Shown here piece by piece: positions 9,264 to 18,130 of a DNA stretch of 64,000 nt. Under the pieces are notes generated by a model. The model saw only the letters and a program-made list of their open reading frames with translations. It was not told the origin of the DNA and made no database searches. Source of the DNA: a virus. The translations under genes were made by a program, and so were the position numbers. The stretch is from the IMG/VR virus record IMGVR_UViG_3300032770_000019, positions 1-64,000 of that record; one strand, given 5' to 3'. Each line of letters opens with the position of its first letter. Position 1 is the stretch's first letter.

Positions 9264-9887
9264 CTAAGGATCTATTGGCAGCGCAGTAGCAGGCTTCGTG
9301 TCTACTCCTTGCGCCTGCGAGAGCCACTTGTAGACAACCGACCGGACGTTATCATCCTCGGGATCTAGACCCAAGTCATAAAGCATTCCTCGGATAGCTT
9401 CTCCGACTCGTTCAGCAAGCCGTTCAGCCAGTCGAATACGTCTCTCCTCAATACCGGCCGCCAAAGCGGTTCGGCAAATACTAGCGAGGTGCTTTCGTTC
9501 GGACTGGTAAAGCTCAACCCAGAGAGCTCCGGCTGCTGACCAATCGCTTGTATCGATCTCATGAGATCCGACATATCCGCTAATCCTTCCACGCAACCAC
9601 AACGACCGAACGAACTGCTCAGGGTCGCTGTGCATTAGCTGCAAGCGAAGCCATTCGATATGACCAGCAGTGCGCCTAATCTCTTGCAGCAGTACTTCAC
9701 CGGGATCGCTATCGTCCGTGGGTGTACCGAAAAGCATTTCCCTGCGACGCTGATGAGCTGCCGTTAGCTGCACGCCTTCTGTCTTAGGAAGATTCGTTTT
9801 GCGCCTCGGTCCGCGTGTCTTAGTTGCTTTCCGAAACGCACCCGGGTTAGCAGCGATCTCCTCAGGCGTAATCTTAGAACCTTGCAC
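9264..9887 (-). CDS. terminase small subunit (probable)
   Basis: Immediately upstream of terL; helical; GTG 9887 lies 7 nt after a predicted -10 box (the ORF-track TTG at 9923 is the -35 box). Confidence 0.7.
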   Translation of the reverse strand: MQGSKITPEEIAANPGAFRKATKTRGPRRKTNLPKTEGVQLTAAHQRRREMLFGTPTDDSDPGEVLLQEIRRTAGHIEWLRLQLMHSDPEQFVRSLWLRGRISGYVGSHEIDTSDWSAAGALWVELYQSERKHLASICRTALAAGIEERRIRLAERLAERVGEAIRGMLYDLGLDPEDDNVRSVVYKWLSQAQGVDTKPATALPIDP

Positions 9888-9893
9888 CTTTGC

Positions 9894-9923
9894 AGCATAA
9901 CATGCTAAGGCCGTAATTGTCAA
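9894..9923 (-). promoter_or_regulatory. leftward housekeeping-sigma promoter TTGACA-N18-TATGCT for packaging genes
   Basis: tgtcaa at 9918-9923 and agcata at 9894-9899 on + strand. Confidence 0.7.
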
Positions 9924-9947
9924 CAGTTTTTCGGTAAAAGCCTTCTT

Positions 9948-9977
9948 TTGACAACTTAACCCTTTCGGTTGTATACT
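9948..9977 (+). promoter_or_regulatory. promoter TTGACA-N18-TATACT
   Basis: Near-consensus; ATG at 9986. Confidence 0.8.
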
Positions 9978-9985
9978 GACAAATC

Positions 9986-10378
9986 ATGGACGAGCGTGCA
10001 TACTATCGCGTTCATCAGCAACTACGACGCAAACGCGGACCTGCAACTAAGTTCCGGTGTAGTGACTGTACCAAGCAGGCAAGCCAGTGGTCCTGGACGC
10101 ACGATACGAACCCGTTCCTACTCGAAAGCTACGAACCTCGATGCTACAGTTGCCATATGATCTACGATAGCGGCTTTTCCGGTCTCCTCTCGGACACTCC
10201 TAGAATACGAACCCCTCGGACGAAAGAAGAAAAAGAGCTGCGAAGGATACAAGGGGGTGTCCTAAGTCGTACCGGAAGCTGCGAGGAGGATGACGGGAAC
10301 GGACCTTGCGGTAAAGAAATCGCAGCACGCAGAAAGTGCTGGAAGCATTATCAACGATGGCGTAGATCGCTAACTTGA
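9986..10378 (+). CDS. HNH-like Zn-binding endonuclease
   Basis: H..LRR.RG.A...CxxC...W.W.H...Y.PRCxxCH..YD. Confidence 0.65.
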   Translation: MDERAYYRVHQQLRRKRGPATKFRCSDCTKQASQWSWTHDTNPFLLESYEPRCYSCHMIYDSGFSGLLSDTPRIRTPRTKEEKELRRIQGGVLSRTGSCEEDDGNGPCGKEIAARRKCWKHYQRWRRSLT

Positions 10379-10403
10379 CAGGTTTGTGATCATCTGCTAC
10401 ACT
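10375..10403 (+). promoter_or_regulatory. promoter TTGACA-N17-TACACT
   Basis: Followed by SD GGAGGTGA and ATG 10425. Confidence 0.75.
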
Positions 10404-10424
10404 TAGTAAATGGAGGTGACCGCT

Positions 10425-10760
10425 ATGCCTACAATAGAGTTTGTAGCAATCAACGGTGACGAGTGGGAAACCGATCCGGATAACCCGGTGCGTACCGGAA
10501 CACGCGTTGTCGTAAAATACAGTGTTCTGAACAAGGGACGCACCGGAGTGGTAGTCGGTCTCGGACGCGCTACTAAGGCACACTCACACTGGATGACCTT
10601 TCACGAAGGAAATCCCGAGATTCCGTGTCCGTTCGGTGACTGGTGCGATATGCTTTGCGATAGCGAAGGTCCGCTGGTCCGTTACGATGACCAGGACCCG
10701 CGTGACGAGTCCGTGGACTTCTACTGCGGACAAGGTTCAAGTGCATTGGAGCCGCTATGA
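10425..10760 (+). CDS. hypothetical protein
   Basis: SD GGAGGTGA; coupled to next ORF. Confidence 0.6.
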   Translation: MPTIEFVAINGDEWETDPDNPVRTGTRVVVKYSVLNKGRTGVVVGLGRATKAHSHWMTFHEGNPEIPCPFGDWCDMLCDSEGPLVRYDDQDPRDESVDFYCGQGSSALEPL

Positions 10761-11197
10761 GCGACTTCGGATTCTCGGGGAGCGAACACGGGCTAACGGT
10801 TCCCCAGCGGAACACGCTTACCCGCCTTCTCACTCCGCAAACGGGTATGACACCGGGATTCGTAAGGCACGGTAGCTGCATCGGTGCGGACGATCAGTTT
10901 GGCTGGATCGCACATACGCTCGGCTACTGGGTCATCCTGCATCCGCCAAACAACCCGCGAAAGCGTGCGTACTCGTATTGCGATGAAATTCTACCCGAGG
11001 AGCCATACCTCACTCGCAATCATCATATCGTTGATAGCTCACCGCGAATGCTATTCGGTCCCGGTACAATGGAGGAAACGCTTCGGAGTGGTACGTGGGC
11101 TACCGTTCGCTATGCCAAAAAGGCCGAGCGTAATGGCGTGATCGTGCTACCAAACGGTACACCCGTGAACCTCTCCGAATACGTGACACGATACTAG
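10757..11197 (+). CDS. SLOG/DprA-like Rossmann nucleotide-binding protein
   Basis: GFSGS, HGSCIGAD, HPP, RNHHIVD, SGTWATVRYA. Confidence 0.7.
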   Translation: MSDFGFSGSEHGLTVPQRNTLTRLLTPQTGMTPGFVRHGSCIGADDQFGWIAHTLGYWVILHPPNNPRKRAYSYCDEILPEEPYLTRNHHIVDSSPRMLFGPGTMEETLRSGTWATVRYAKKAERNGVIVLPNGTPVNLSEYVTRY

Positions 11198-11198
11198 C

Positions 11199-11227
11199 TT
11201 GACAGGCGTTTCCCGGTGTGCTAGCCT
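11199..11227 (+). promoter_or_regulatory. promoter TTGACA-N17-TAGCCT
   Basis: Followed by SD GGAGGTGA and ATG 11249. Confidence 0.75.
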
Positions 11228-11248
11228 GATACTTGGAGGTGACCAGGT

Positions 11249-11467
11249 ATGCTTTGGGAAGACAAGATCGAATTCGGACACGGTATCGAGACCGAGATAA
11301 GAGCACACACTACCGGTCACGGCATGTACGTAGACTTCTACCAGAGCGGCGACAAGCCGGTAGACGACCACGTGATGATCTTTCCCGAGGACATCGATAC
11401 GGTAATCGAATTCCTTCAGAAGTCGAAAAAGACCGCAGCCGAGAGGGAGGAAAAGGCGAATGCCTGA
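11249..11467 (+). CDS. hypothetical protein
   Basis: Promoter and SD upstream. Confidence 0.65.
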   Translation: MLWEDKIEFGHGIETEIRAHTTGHGMYVDFYQSGDKPVDDHVMIFPEDIDTVIEFLQKSKKTAAEREEKANA

Positions 11468-11894
11468 GTATCGCATTACCGTAGAACGCAAGGAGCGCAA
11501 GCCGGATATCCAGATCAGCGCCTGCGGTAGTACGCATCACTGGGTAACGGAGTTCACGATGCACGGTGAATCGGAAAATACAGTGACGGCTCTAATAGAT
11601 GCCGCAGTGGCACGAAGGAGCCATCCGGCATTCCGCAGCGACCACTCGGCATTCCGCGAGGAAGGAGAGCTAGAAATGTTTACGCGCTTGCCCGAGGAGG
11701 GCGATCGAGTAGCGTTCCGCGAGAACGAGAGCACAGTTACCGAGGGTACCGTTACCCGAGTGTGGGACAAGCCGAAGAACAATCCGTATATCACTATCGT
11801 AACGGACGACAACCGGGCCTTCGTCCGGTTCCGCACACTAGTTAAAATGCTCCCAAAAGCGGACAAAGTGGACCGCACACTTCCCGAGCGGTAA
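11460..11894 (+). CDS. hypothetical protein with possible C-terminal SH3-like beta domain
   Basis: SD GGGAGG; EGDRVAF...EGTVTRV. Confidence 0.55.
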   Translation: MPEYRITVERKERKPDIQISACGSTHHWVTEFTMHGESENTVTALIDAAVARRSHPAFRSDHSAFREEGELEMFTRLPEEGDRVAFRENESTVTEGTVTRVWDKPKNNPYITIVTDDNRAFVRFRTLVKMLPKADKVDRTLPER

Positions 11895-11899
11895 GTGTC

Positions 11900-11986
11900 A
11901 TGAAGCGCCAGCTCAGGGCACGCGTACTTTAGACGCGGACAGACATGCCAGTCCAGGGGCGACCGCGTCCGGAGCTGGCGCTTCAT
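11900..11986. other. nested intergenic stem-loop
   Basis: Perfect 15-bp arms atgaagcgccagctc / gagctggcgcttcat; inner gacgcgg / ccgcgtc. Confidence 0.75.
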
Positions 11987-12028
11987 CAGCTGAGCGTACA
12001 AGGCAGGGTACGGAGGAGAAGTTGGATC

Positions 12029-12262
12029 ATGGACGAAGCGGTTAAGTATCCGAAGATCACGGTAAAGCTTACCGGCGGTAGCGGCAACGCCTTTATGATC
12101 GTCGGAAAGATGCGACGTGAGCTGCGTATCGGACTAGAAAATACGTACAAGCTTAGTAGGGACGAGGCGAATTCGCTGGTTATCGCTTTCACGACCGAGG
12201 CGACCAGTGGCGATTACGACAAGGTACTACAAACGTGCATGAAGTGGGTGACCGTGAAATGA
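12029..12262 (+). CDS. phage hypothetical protein
   Basis: LTGGSGNAFMIVG...TSGDYD.VL; SD GGAGGAG. Confidence 0.65.
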   Translation: MDEAVKYPKITVKLTGGSGNAFMIVGKMRRELRIGLENTYKLSRDEANSLVIAFTTEATSGDYDKVLQTCMKWVTVK

Positions 12263-12591
12263 GTAACGTAGTAGCGATGTTTATCGCGTTCGACGACAAG
12301 GACGAGGGAGCTAAGTTCCTCGAAGCAGTACAGGAGCACAAGATAGCCGGTTACCCGGTGCCGATCAACCCGGACAGCGAATACGGTCGCTTCGCATGGC
12401 ATCGTACGAAGGTACTCGCGGTGTACCGTTCCGGTACCGAGGAAGCCAAACTTAACGGTCGGCAGCCCGGTTACGTTAAGGCCCTTATGGACGCGAGTGA
12501 CGAGGACCTTAACGACGCACTGAAAGTCCTCGGGCCTAGGTTCCGTAATCGGCTCCGTAAGGCACTTAAGCTAACCAGCTTGACAAGCTAA
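12259..12591 (+). CDS. hypothetical protein
   Basis: ATGA overlap with previous gene. Confidence 0.55.
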   Translation: MSNVVAMFIAFDDKDEGAKFLEAVQEHKIAGYPVPINPDSEYGRFAWHRTKVLAVYRSGTEEAKLNGRQPGYVKALMDASDEDLNDALKVLGPRFRNRLRKALKLTSLTS

Positions 12592-12608
12592 TTCGTCTCT
12601 GCTAGTCT
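12580..12608 (+). promoter_or_regulatory. promoter TTGACA-N17-TAGTCT
   Basis: Precedes SD GGAGG and GTG 12636. Confidence 0.7.
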
Positions 12609-12635
12609 TGAGCATGAAGGAGAGGAGGTGCGCAA

Positions 12636-13631
12636 GTGATTACCTACGAAGTGGTAGATGCCGAACCGCTCGACATCTTCCTAGGTGTTTGTCGTCGCTG
12701 CGTGCGCCCTCTGCGGGAGACCGACACGATTTACCCGCTGTCTTCGTGGGCCGACAAGCACTCTGCAAGTTGCCCGCAATGCCAGCGGCCCGTTCCGATG
12801 GAGCGGGTCTTCGGTGTCGAGATGGGCATGAACTGTGACGACCGTTGCATGGGTGCAACCGGTAATCACTGCGAATGCGCCTGCGGGGGCGTAAATCACG
12901 GCGGTATCTGGTCGGAGAAGGGTCAGGTGCTCGCTACCGCACTCAAGGCATACCGGGCAACGGCAGCTAAGCGGGAGGCGAACAAGGTGGCCCGACAGAA
13001 CGATAAGCAGCATCAGGCCGAGATCGCATTCAAGGAATGGATCAACGGTATGCCGCAGCGTCCGTTGGTCGAGTACCTGTTTAGCTATCGAGCTCAGCGT
13101 GACGACGGTACCGAAGAGTACCCGAACCCGTTCCTCGATTCCCTGACCGAGTGGCTGCTAAGTAAGAAGCCACTTACCGAGAAGCAGGTCATCGCTGGAA
13201 CACGCACGATGGAGCGTCGTCTTCATGCCCGTCAGGAAGCTATCAAGAAGCAGGTAGCTGACGCTAATCCGCACACGCATCCCGGTGAGCACCTTAGCAA
13301 CAAGCAGCTGACGCTGGGCATCTTCAAGTACCACGGTGACGTTTACGTGGTCAAGCCCAACAAGAAGGGCACTGCGTCCTACGCGATGAGGATGGTCGAG
13401 ATCCATTCGGACCGCCTTACCAGCGGGGGCGAGAAAGTGCACTGGGAGTGGGAGTACACTCCCGGTATTGTCCCGAAGCTCACCGAAGCTGATAGGCTTC
13501 CGGTTGAGGACGTCCAGGACCTAATGATTCGGTACGAGCGGTGCATCGTGTGCCACCACCCGATCAAGAGGGCGAAGACAATCGAGCGCATGATGGGAAA
13601 GACATGCGCGAGGAAGGTAGGGTTGCTGTGA
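12636..13631 (+). CDS. Cys-rich Zn-finger protein with DUF6011-like C-terminus
   Basis: Multiple CxxC; CECACGGVNHG; C-terminal CIVCHHPI...GKTCARK. Confidence 0.6.
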   Translation: MITYEVVDAEPLDIFLGVCRRCVRPLRETDTIYPLSSWADKHSASCPQCQRPVPMERVFGVEMGMNCDDRCMGATGNHCECACGGVNHGGIWSEKGQVLATALKAYRATAAKREANKVARQNDKQHQAEIAFKEWINGMPQRPLVEYLFSYRAQRDDGTEEYPNPFLDSLTEWLLSKKPLTEKQVIAGTRTMERRLHARQEAIKKQVADANPHTHPGEHLSNKQLTLGIFKYHGDVYVVKPNKKGTASYAMRMVEIHSDRLTSGGEKVHWEWEYTPGIVPKLTEADRLPVEDVQDLMIRYERCIVCHHPIKRAKTIERMMGKTCARKVGLL

Positions 13632-13749
13632 AGTGCTACCGATGCATCAAGCACGCCGGTAAGCGGCGGCACTGGTGCATCGGCTTTGCGTTCCCCAACG
13701 GGAACCCCGTTCCGTGTCAGTGCGGATGCGAACTACGAAGGAGAAGGTA

Positions 13750-14001
13750 ATGGCGAAGGCCACGATCAAGGAGCTCAAGGAGTTCTTCGACTCCCCCGCG
13801 GTGCAGACCAAGGAGATGATGCGCCTCAAGAAGGACCCGGTCGGACCGAACGGTGAGCCGCCGGTGGAGCTCCCGGACTACGACGAGATCGCTAACGGGA
13901 TCGGTGACGGCACCTTCACCTACCCGGACGTGAGCGAGGACCGGAAGGCGATCGCCAGCCAGCGGACGGACGCGCTGGGAGTCCCGCAGCTGCGAAGCTG
14001 A
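13750..14001 (+). CDS. hypothetical protein, GC3-rich codons
   Basis: SD AAGGAG; MAKATIKELKEFF. Confidence 0.65.
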   Translation: MAKATIKELKEFFDSPAVQTKEMMRLKKDPVGPNGEPPVELPDYDEIANGIGDGTFTYPDVSEDRKAIASQRTDALGVPQLRS

Positions 14002-14002
14002 C

Positions 14003-14085
14003 CCCTGAACGTCCTGCTCAACGGGTACCTAACCGCCGTAAAAAGCGAGATGCGTCACGAACCCCGTTGAGCAGGGCCTTGAGGG
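14003..14085 (+). other. structured intergenic element, family copy 1
   Basis: ccctgaac-gtcctgctcaacggg...cccgttgagcagggc-cttgaggg. Confidence 0.75.
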
Positions 14086-14092
14086 AAAGGAG

Positions 14093-14188
14093 ATGACGAT
14101 GGACGACGACGATCCTAACGAAGAGGCGTACGTGAGCGAACTGTTCGCGGACGCGACACAAGAGGTACGCGATCAAGATCCGGCTTGA
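14093..14188 (+). CDS. 31-aa acidic peptide (below ORF-track cutoff)
   Basis: SD AAGGAG; MTMDDDDPNEEAYVSELFADATQEVRDQDPA. Confidence 0.4.
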   Translation: MTMDDDDPNEEAYVSELFADATQEVRDQDPA

Positions 14189-14213
14189 CATGCCATTCCG
14201 GGCATGATAGCCT
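14185..14213 (+). promoter_or_regulatory. promoter TTGACA-N17-TAGCCT with catgcc/ggcatg inverted repeat
   Basis: Read directly from sequence. Confidence 0.7.
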
Positions 14214-14259
14214 GGTCATTACATAGGGAAGCAACCGCAACAGAGGAGTGGATTTAGAA

Positions 14260-14988
14260 ATGGCTACTGTGTCCCAGCAGCTGCGCGCCAAGAAGCCGGC
14301 TGCCGCTAAGCCCGCAGCCAAGCCAGTCGCTGCGAAGCCTCAGGCGGCTAAGCCAAAGGCACCGGCGCCTAAGCCTCCGCAGCCGACCGAGCCTGAGGTC
14401 GAGAAGAAGGAAGAGCTGACCCCGGAGCAGAAGGCCGCAATCAAGGAGGAGAAGAAGAAGGCAGCTTTCGCGAAGCTGAAGGCCCGTGCCGAGGAGAAGA
14501 AGAAGGTCAAGGTCGCCGCCCGCAAGGAAGCGATGAAGTCCCTCAAGGGCGAGCTCGAGGTCGGTCAGCACGTCTTCATGACGCGCGCCAGCTATTACGG
14601 CTGCGAGGCCGTAGTGGAGGGCTTCGAGGAGGTCCGGGGTCGTAACCTGGTCGTGCTCAAGGTCGTCAGCACCAAGAAGGGTCGCGCCCTCGAGGACGAC
14701 AAGACCTATATCCGCAAGGTGTCGCCGAAGTTCGTTCAGGACGAGCGCCCGACCGAGCCTTACGTGAAGCGCCGGGCCACCGCCGCCTCCGATGAGGCCG
14801 AAGAGGAGGCACCGGAGGAGCTCGAAATCGAGGAGGAAGAGGCCGAGCTCGAGGACGAGGAAGGCGAAGAGGAGTCCGAGGAGGAGGAAGAGTCTGAGGA
14901 GGAGGAGGAGGAAGAGGCCACCGAGGACGACTCCGAATCGGAGGAGGACGAGGACTCCGACGAAGAGGATGAAGAGAGCTGGGGCTAA
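14260..14988 (+). CDS. protein with K/A/P-rich N-terminus, central beta domain and very acidic tail
   Basis: AAKPAAKP repeats; about 60-residue E/D tail; strongly GC3-biased codons. Confidence 0.8.
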   Translation: MATVSQQLRAKKPAAAKPAAKPVAAKPQAAKPKAPAPKPPQPTEPEVEKKEELTPEQKAAIKEEKKKAAFAKLKARAEEKKKVKVAARKEAMKSLKGELEVGQHVFMTRASYYGCEAVVEGFEEVRGRNLVVLKVVSTKKGRALEDDKTYIRKVSPKFVQDERPTEPYVKRRATAASDEAEEEAPEELEIEEEEAELEDEEGEEESEEEEESEEEEEEEATEDDSESEEDEDSDEEDEESWG

Positions 14989-14997
14989 TCCCAAGCA

Positions 14998-15036
14998 TCC
15001 GGGTGCCGTTACCGATACGCTCTGACGGCACCCGGA
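14998..15036 (+). terminator. GC-rich hairpin after the acidic protein gene
   Basis: tccgggtgccgtta / tgacggcacccgga. Confidence 0.6.
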
Positions 15037-15196
15037 CTTCAACGTCCGGCTGGAACCGACGTTACTCGCAGGCAAAGGTGTCGAACCGGCGATCCGGAAT
15101 ACGAGCAGCCAGTCCTAGGCGGTCTGTCAGTCCGGGTAGGTAGACACAGCTAGCTGTAGCGGTGGTCAGTGGAGGCGTTTCAGCCGGGCCTTGAGG
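15037..15196 (+). ncRNA. candidate structured RNA, family copy 2 with large internal domain
   Basis: cttcaac-gtccggctggaac ... gtttcagccgggc-cttgagg closes about 120 nt with internal hairpins. Confidence 0.5.
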
Positions 15197-15208
15197 AAAA
15201 GGAGGGAC

Positions 15209-15343
15209 ATGCCCCGTTACAGTTACAACAAGTGGTTCGGCTTCAATACCGAATTCACGGAGGCGGATCGCGTTCCGCCTCCGGGTGTACCGAAAATGGC
15301 TAAAAAGCATCCGAAGAAACGCAAGCGAAAGAAGGCGAAATGA
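15209..15343 (+). CDS. 44-aa basic peptide
   Basis: SD AGGAGGG; ends KKHPKKRKRKKAK; ATGA-coupled to next ORF. Confidence 0.55.
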   Translation: MPRYSYNKWFGFNTEFTEADRVPPPGVPKMAKKHPKKRKRKKAK

Positions 15344-15498
15344 ACGCCGGAGAAATCGCCTCGCTGGTAACTGCCGTAGTGGCGTGCCTCGGAGCACTTA
15401 CCGCGTACCTCAAGTCACGTACGGCTACTAAGCAAGCAGCTGCCACCAAAGCCCAGCTTGACGCGCATGTCGATTCTTATCGTCACCTTTCCAAGTAA
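15340..15498 (+). CDS. 52-aa single-TM membrane peptide
   Basis: MNAGEIASLVTAVVACLGALTAYLKSR... Confidence 0.55.
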   Translation: MNAGEIASLVTAVVACLGALTAYLKSRTATKQAAATKAQLDAHVDSYRHLSK

Positions 15499-15543
15499 CG
15501 TCACCGCCCGTCGCTTCGTGGACGCTAGGAAAGGCACAACGTT

Positions 15544-15795
15544 ATGTCGAATGGTACTACCGAGAACGCAGATGCAACGCCGAGTCAATGGAATAGCGGG
15601 AAGCCTCCGACACACGGTTACTACCTCGGTGCCTGGCGACACGGAGACAGATGGTTCGTTAGCGAGCTATGGTACAACCCCGATAGCGTCTACACCGGCT
15701 GGTGGACCGGAAGAGGCTATCTTGAAGAACGCTCAGATCCACGAAGCGTACAAGTACAGTACTGGATGCCGATGCCCGATGCACCTAAGTCCTGA
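15544..15795 (+). CDS. DUF551-like protein
   Basis: W...KPP..G.YL...VQYWMPMPDAP. Confidence 0.65.
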   Translation: MSNGTTENADATPSQWNSGKPPTHGYYLGAWRHGDRWFVSELWYNPDSVYTGWWTGRGYLEERSDPRSVQVQYWMPMPDAPKS

Positions 15796-17116
15796 GCAAA
15801 TCAAAGCAGCGAACCTCTTTCTCGAGCACGAAACGTTTGCTTGCTATGATCCGCAAGGAGCTGGGAAAACGGCAGTAGCAATTAACGCTGCTGTTGAACA
15901 CGGTCAGTTTCCCGTTCTAATTGTACTTCCAGCTCACTTGATACCGCAATGGCGAATGCAGCTTGAACTCTGGGGCGTACCAGCGGAGGAGATCGCCACT
16001 GCCCCGAGAGGTTGCGGTCCTGCGATTAGGCACGCCGCACTACAAAGTGACTGTGCTTTCACGCTTGTATCGTACAACACCCTTGCAAGCTACGACTATA
16101 TGCCGGAGTGCTTGGACCCTCGCTGGAAAGCATACGTATTTGACGAGAGCCATCGAATGGGGCGCAACGGTAAAGGGCAAGCGTGGCATCATGCTAAGCT
16201 GCTGCGTACTAAGTCACGGACAAAGCACACGCACACTCCGATTTGGCTGCTTTCGGGCACACCCCTAGTAAAGAACGCAGTCGACGTTTGGCCACTACTA
16301 TTCCTCGTTAACAAGTACAAGTACGGTAACCGCGAAAGGTTTGCTCGTGATACCTGCCATACCTACCAAGGCGACTACAGCCTGCAAATCGGTGCTGTCA
16401 AAGATACCCATGCCTTTCATCAGCTGCTTGGCCAGCATAGCATTCGTAGATCATGGCGTGAAATTCCGAGCCTCGCTGGACTGTCGAGAAGGGACGTTAA
16501 CCTTCCACTGGAGCTTGCTCCGAAGGATCTCAACCGACACCGTGAAATCAAAAGGAACTACCGAGATCCGGAGACCGGAGAGCCACTGAATAGCTCGGCT
16601 CAGATGATTCACGCGCTGAGGCGTTTGACCATATCAGCCAAGGTGGAGGCGGTGACAGAATTCGTACAGGACCACCCAGGAAGGTTGTTGCTCCTCGCCT
16701 GGTACAGGTCAAGCGCCCATTCCCTGGCCACCGCGGTTTCGCGTGTCAACAAAGTACCGATTGCCTACGTTGACGGGGGCACACCGGAAAGACAACGCGA
16801 ACATGCGTTTAGCACGTACAGTAGCGATTCGAATTGCATATTCGTTGGTACAATCGGCTCGATGGCGGAAGGGTGGGACGGCTTCCAGCGGATCGGGCAT
16901 CAGGTACTATTTGCGGAGCAGCATTACCTTTCAGCAACGAACGAACAGGCCGTTGCGCGCGTCCTTCGTCGCGGTCAATCGCAGCCAGTTCTGGTATACT
17001 GGATGTATGCACTTAAAAGCTTTGATATGCGCGTACGTCGCGTTGCTAAGAAACGCCAAGCTGATATCGACGAAGCGCTAGGAGAGTTCTTGAAGGAGGA
17101 AGAATGGCGCCAGTAA
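15779..17116 (+). CDS. SNF2-family (SF2) helicase
   Basis: QGAGKT, FDESH, LSGTP, EQAVARVLRRGQ; likely start MHLSPEQ. Confidence 0.88.
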   Translation: MHLSPEQIKAANLFLEHETFACYDPQGAGKTAVAINAAVEHGQFPVLIVLPAHLIPQWRMQLELWGVPAEEIATAPRGCGPAIRHAALQSDCAFTLVSYNTLASYDYMPECLDPRWKAYVFDESHRMGRNGKGQAWHHAKLLRTKSRTKHTHTPIWLLSGTPLVKNAVDVWPLLFLVNKYKYGNRERFARDTCHTYQGDYSLQIGAVKDTHAFHQLLGQHSIRRSWREIPSLAGLSRRDVNLPLELAPKDLNRHREIKRNYRDPETGEPLNSSAQMIHALRRLTISAKVEAVTEFVQDHPGRLLLLAWYRSSAHSLATAVSRVNKVPIAYVDGGTPERQREHAFSTYSSDSNCIFVGTIGSMAEGWDGFQRIGHQVLFAEQHYLSATNEQAVARVLRRGQSQPVLVYWMYALKSFDMRVRRVAKKRQADIDEALGEFLKEEEWRQ

Positions 17117-17487
17117 AGTACTCGATAGGGCGTCTCACGGACCTGCTTACCGATGCTGCGAAAACGAAATACGCGAAGGACCTGCTATGCGCTCGGGACG
17201 TTTGCGATAAGCTAGCAGAAGCAGTACCGCCACCTAAGGAAGGTCGAAGCGCAACATACAATACGCTAGCCTTGCTAATGTCAGTGAACGTCATCATCAC
17301 ACCAGACAGTCCGCCGGGTCACTTTCGTCTCGTTAGACACGACAACTGCAAGGTGAACGACCCGTGGACGGAAATCGATAGTACCGACGGAGGCGGAATT
17401 GTCTACGTAGCTCCTCCAGCTTCGCCACCGCCACTTACCGTTTCGCATTCTGAATGTTCGATTCTAGAAGAAGGAGTACTCGAATGA
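17104..17487 (+). CDS. hypothetical protein
   Basis: SD GGAGG; operon packing. Confidence 0.6.
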   Translation: MAPVKYSIGRLTDLLTDAAKTKYAKDLLCARDVCDKLAEAVPPPKEGRSATYNTLALLMSVNVIITPDSPPGHFRLVRHDNCKVNDPWTEIDSTDGGGIVYVAPPASPPPLTVSHSECSILEEGVLE

Positions 17488-17891
17488 GCACCGAGGAAAT
17501 CGAAGCGCATAACCACCTACCGGTAGCTCCGTGCAAGCCGGACTGCCCGGGATACGCAAGCGTTCAAGTAGAGAAAGCAACTTCAGCACTCGTTACCGTT
17601 GAGTACGAGTTTGCCGCCGTCCAGCGGGAGGCGGATGAACGGTTGCCTATCGGCTGGTGCAACGCATGCGTCGCCAACGCTAAGAACGCTCAGGACCAAG
17701 GACTACCGGCGGATGCGATTCACGCAGGCGTTACAACAATCGCTCAGATTCAGAAGCTTAAGCTTCCCGATCAGCCGATGCCCGTAACGGTCGTTATCCC
17801 ACTTCCTTCGTGCCTATACCACATTGGTATCGATAAGTCCGGCTCGCGAAGGATTCAGGTAGCTGACGGTCCACTACCTCCTCGCGTTTGA
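17484..17891 (+). CDS. hypothetical protein
   Basis: SD AAGGAG; ATGA overlap. Confidence 0.6.
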   Translation: MSTEEIEAHNHLPVAPCKPDCPGYASVQVEKATSALVTVEYEFAAVQREADERLPIGWCNACVANAKNAQDQGLPADAIHAGVTTIAQIQKLKLPDQPMPVTVVIPLPSCLYHIGIDKSGSRRIQVADGPLPPRV

Positions 17892-17917
17892 CAGGCCTGT
17901 AGGTAATCGGGTATACT
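17888..17917 (+). promoter_or_regulatory. promoter TTGACA-GGCCTGTAGGTAATCGGG-TATACT
   Basis: GTG 17924 is 7 nt after the -10 box (possibly leaderless). Confidence 0.8.
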
Positions 17918-17923
17918 TTAAGG

Positions 17924-18130
17924 GTGCGATGGTTTAAGCGAAAGAAAAAGACAACGGGCGGTCTTGGCAATACGCTGCGCACCCTCGAAACACCGTCCGA
18001 GTACGACCAGCGAGCAGCTTTCTACGGTCGTTGCAAGAAGTGTAACGAGCCGCTCGATATATGCTTGACCGCTGACCCTCGTAGGGACACCTATTATCTC
18101 TACTGTCCTAGTTGCGGGAAACGCCAATGA
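17924..18130 (+). CDS. small Zn-ribbon protein
   Basis: CKKC...CPSC. Confidence 0.55.
   Translation: MRWFKRKKKTTGGLGNTLRTLETPSEYDQRAAFYGRCKKCNEPLDICLTADPRRDTYYLYCPSCGKRQ

Noticed and set aside
9888-9923. TTG start of terS at 9923
   Set aside because: This TTG is part of the TTGACA -35 box; GTG 9887 fits a leaderless start.
14254-15075. 273-aa Leu-rich minus-strand ORF
   Set aside because: Antisense shadow of the GAG/AAG-rich gene at 14260-14988.
15044-15189. Twister ribozyme (AGUCCUAGGC and AGUGGAGG resemble parts of it)
   Set aside because: The required UAA after P1, the P4 arrangement and the GAGGG pseudoknot strand do not line up.
15458-15778. N-terminal extension of the SNF2 helicase in the ORF track
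   Set aside because: Overlaps better-supported small genes; helicase-like sequence begins at MHLSPEQ (15779).
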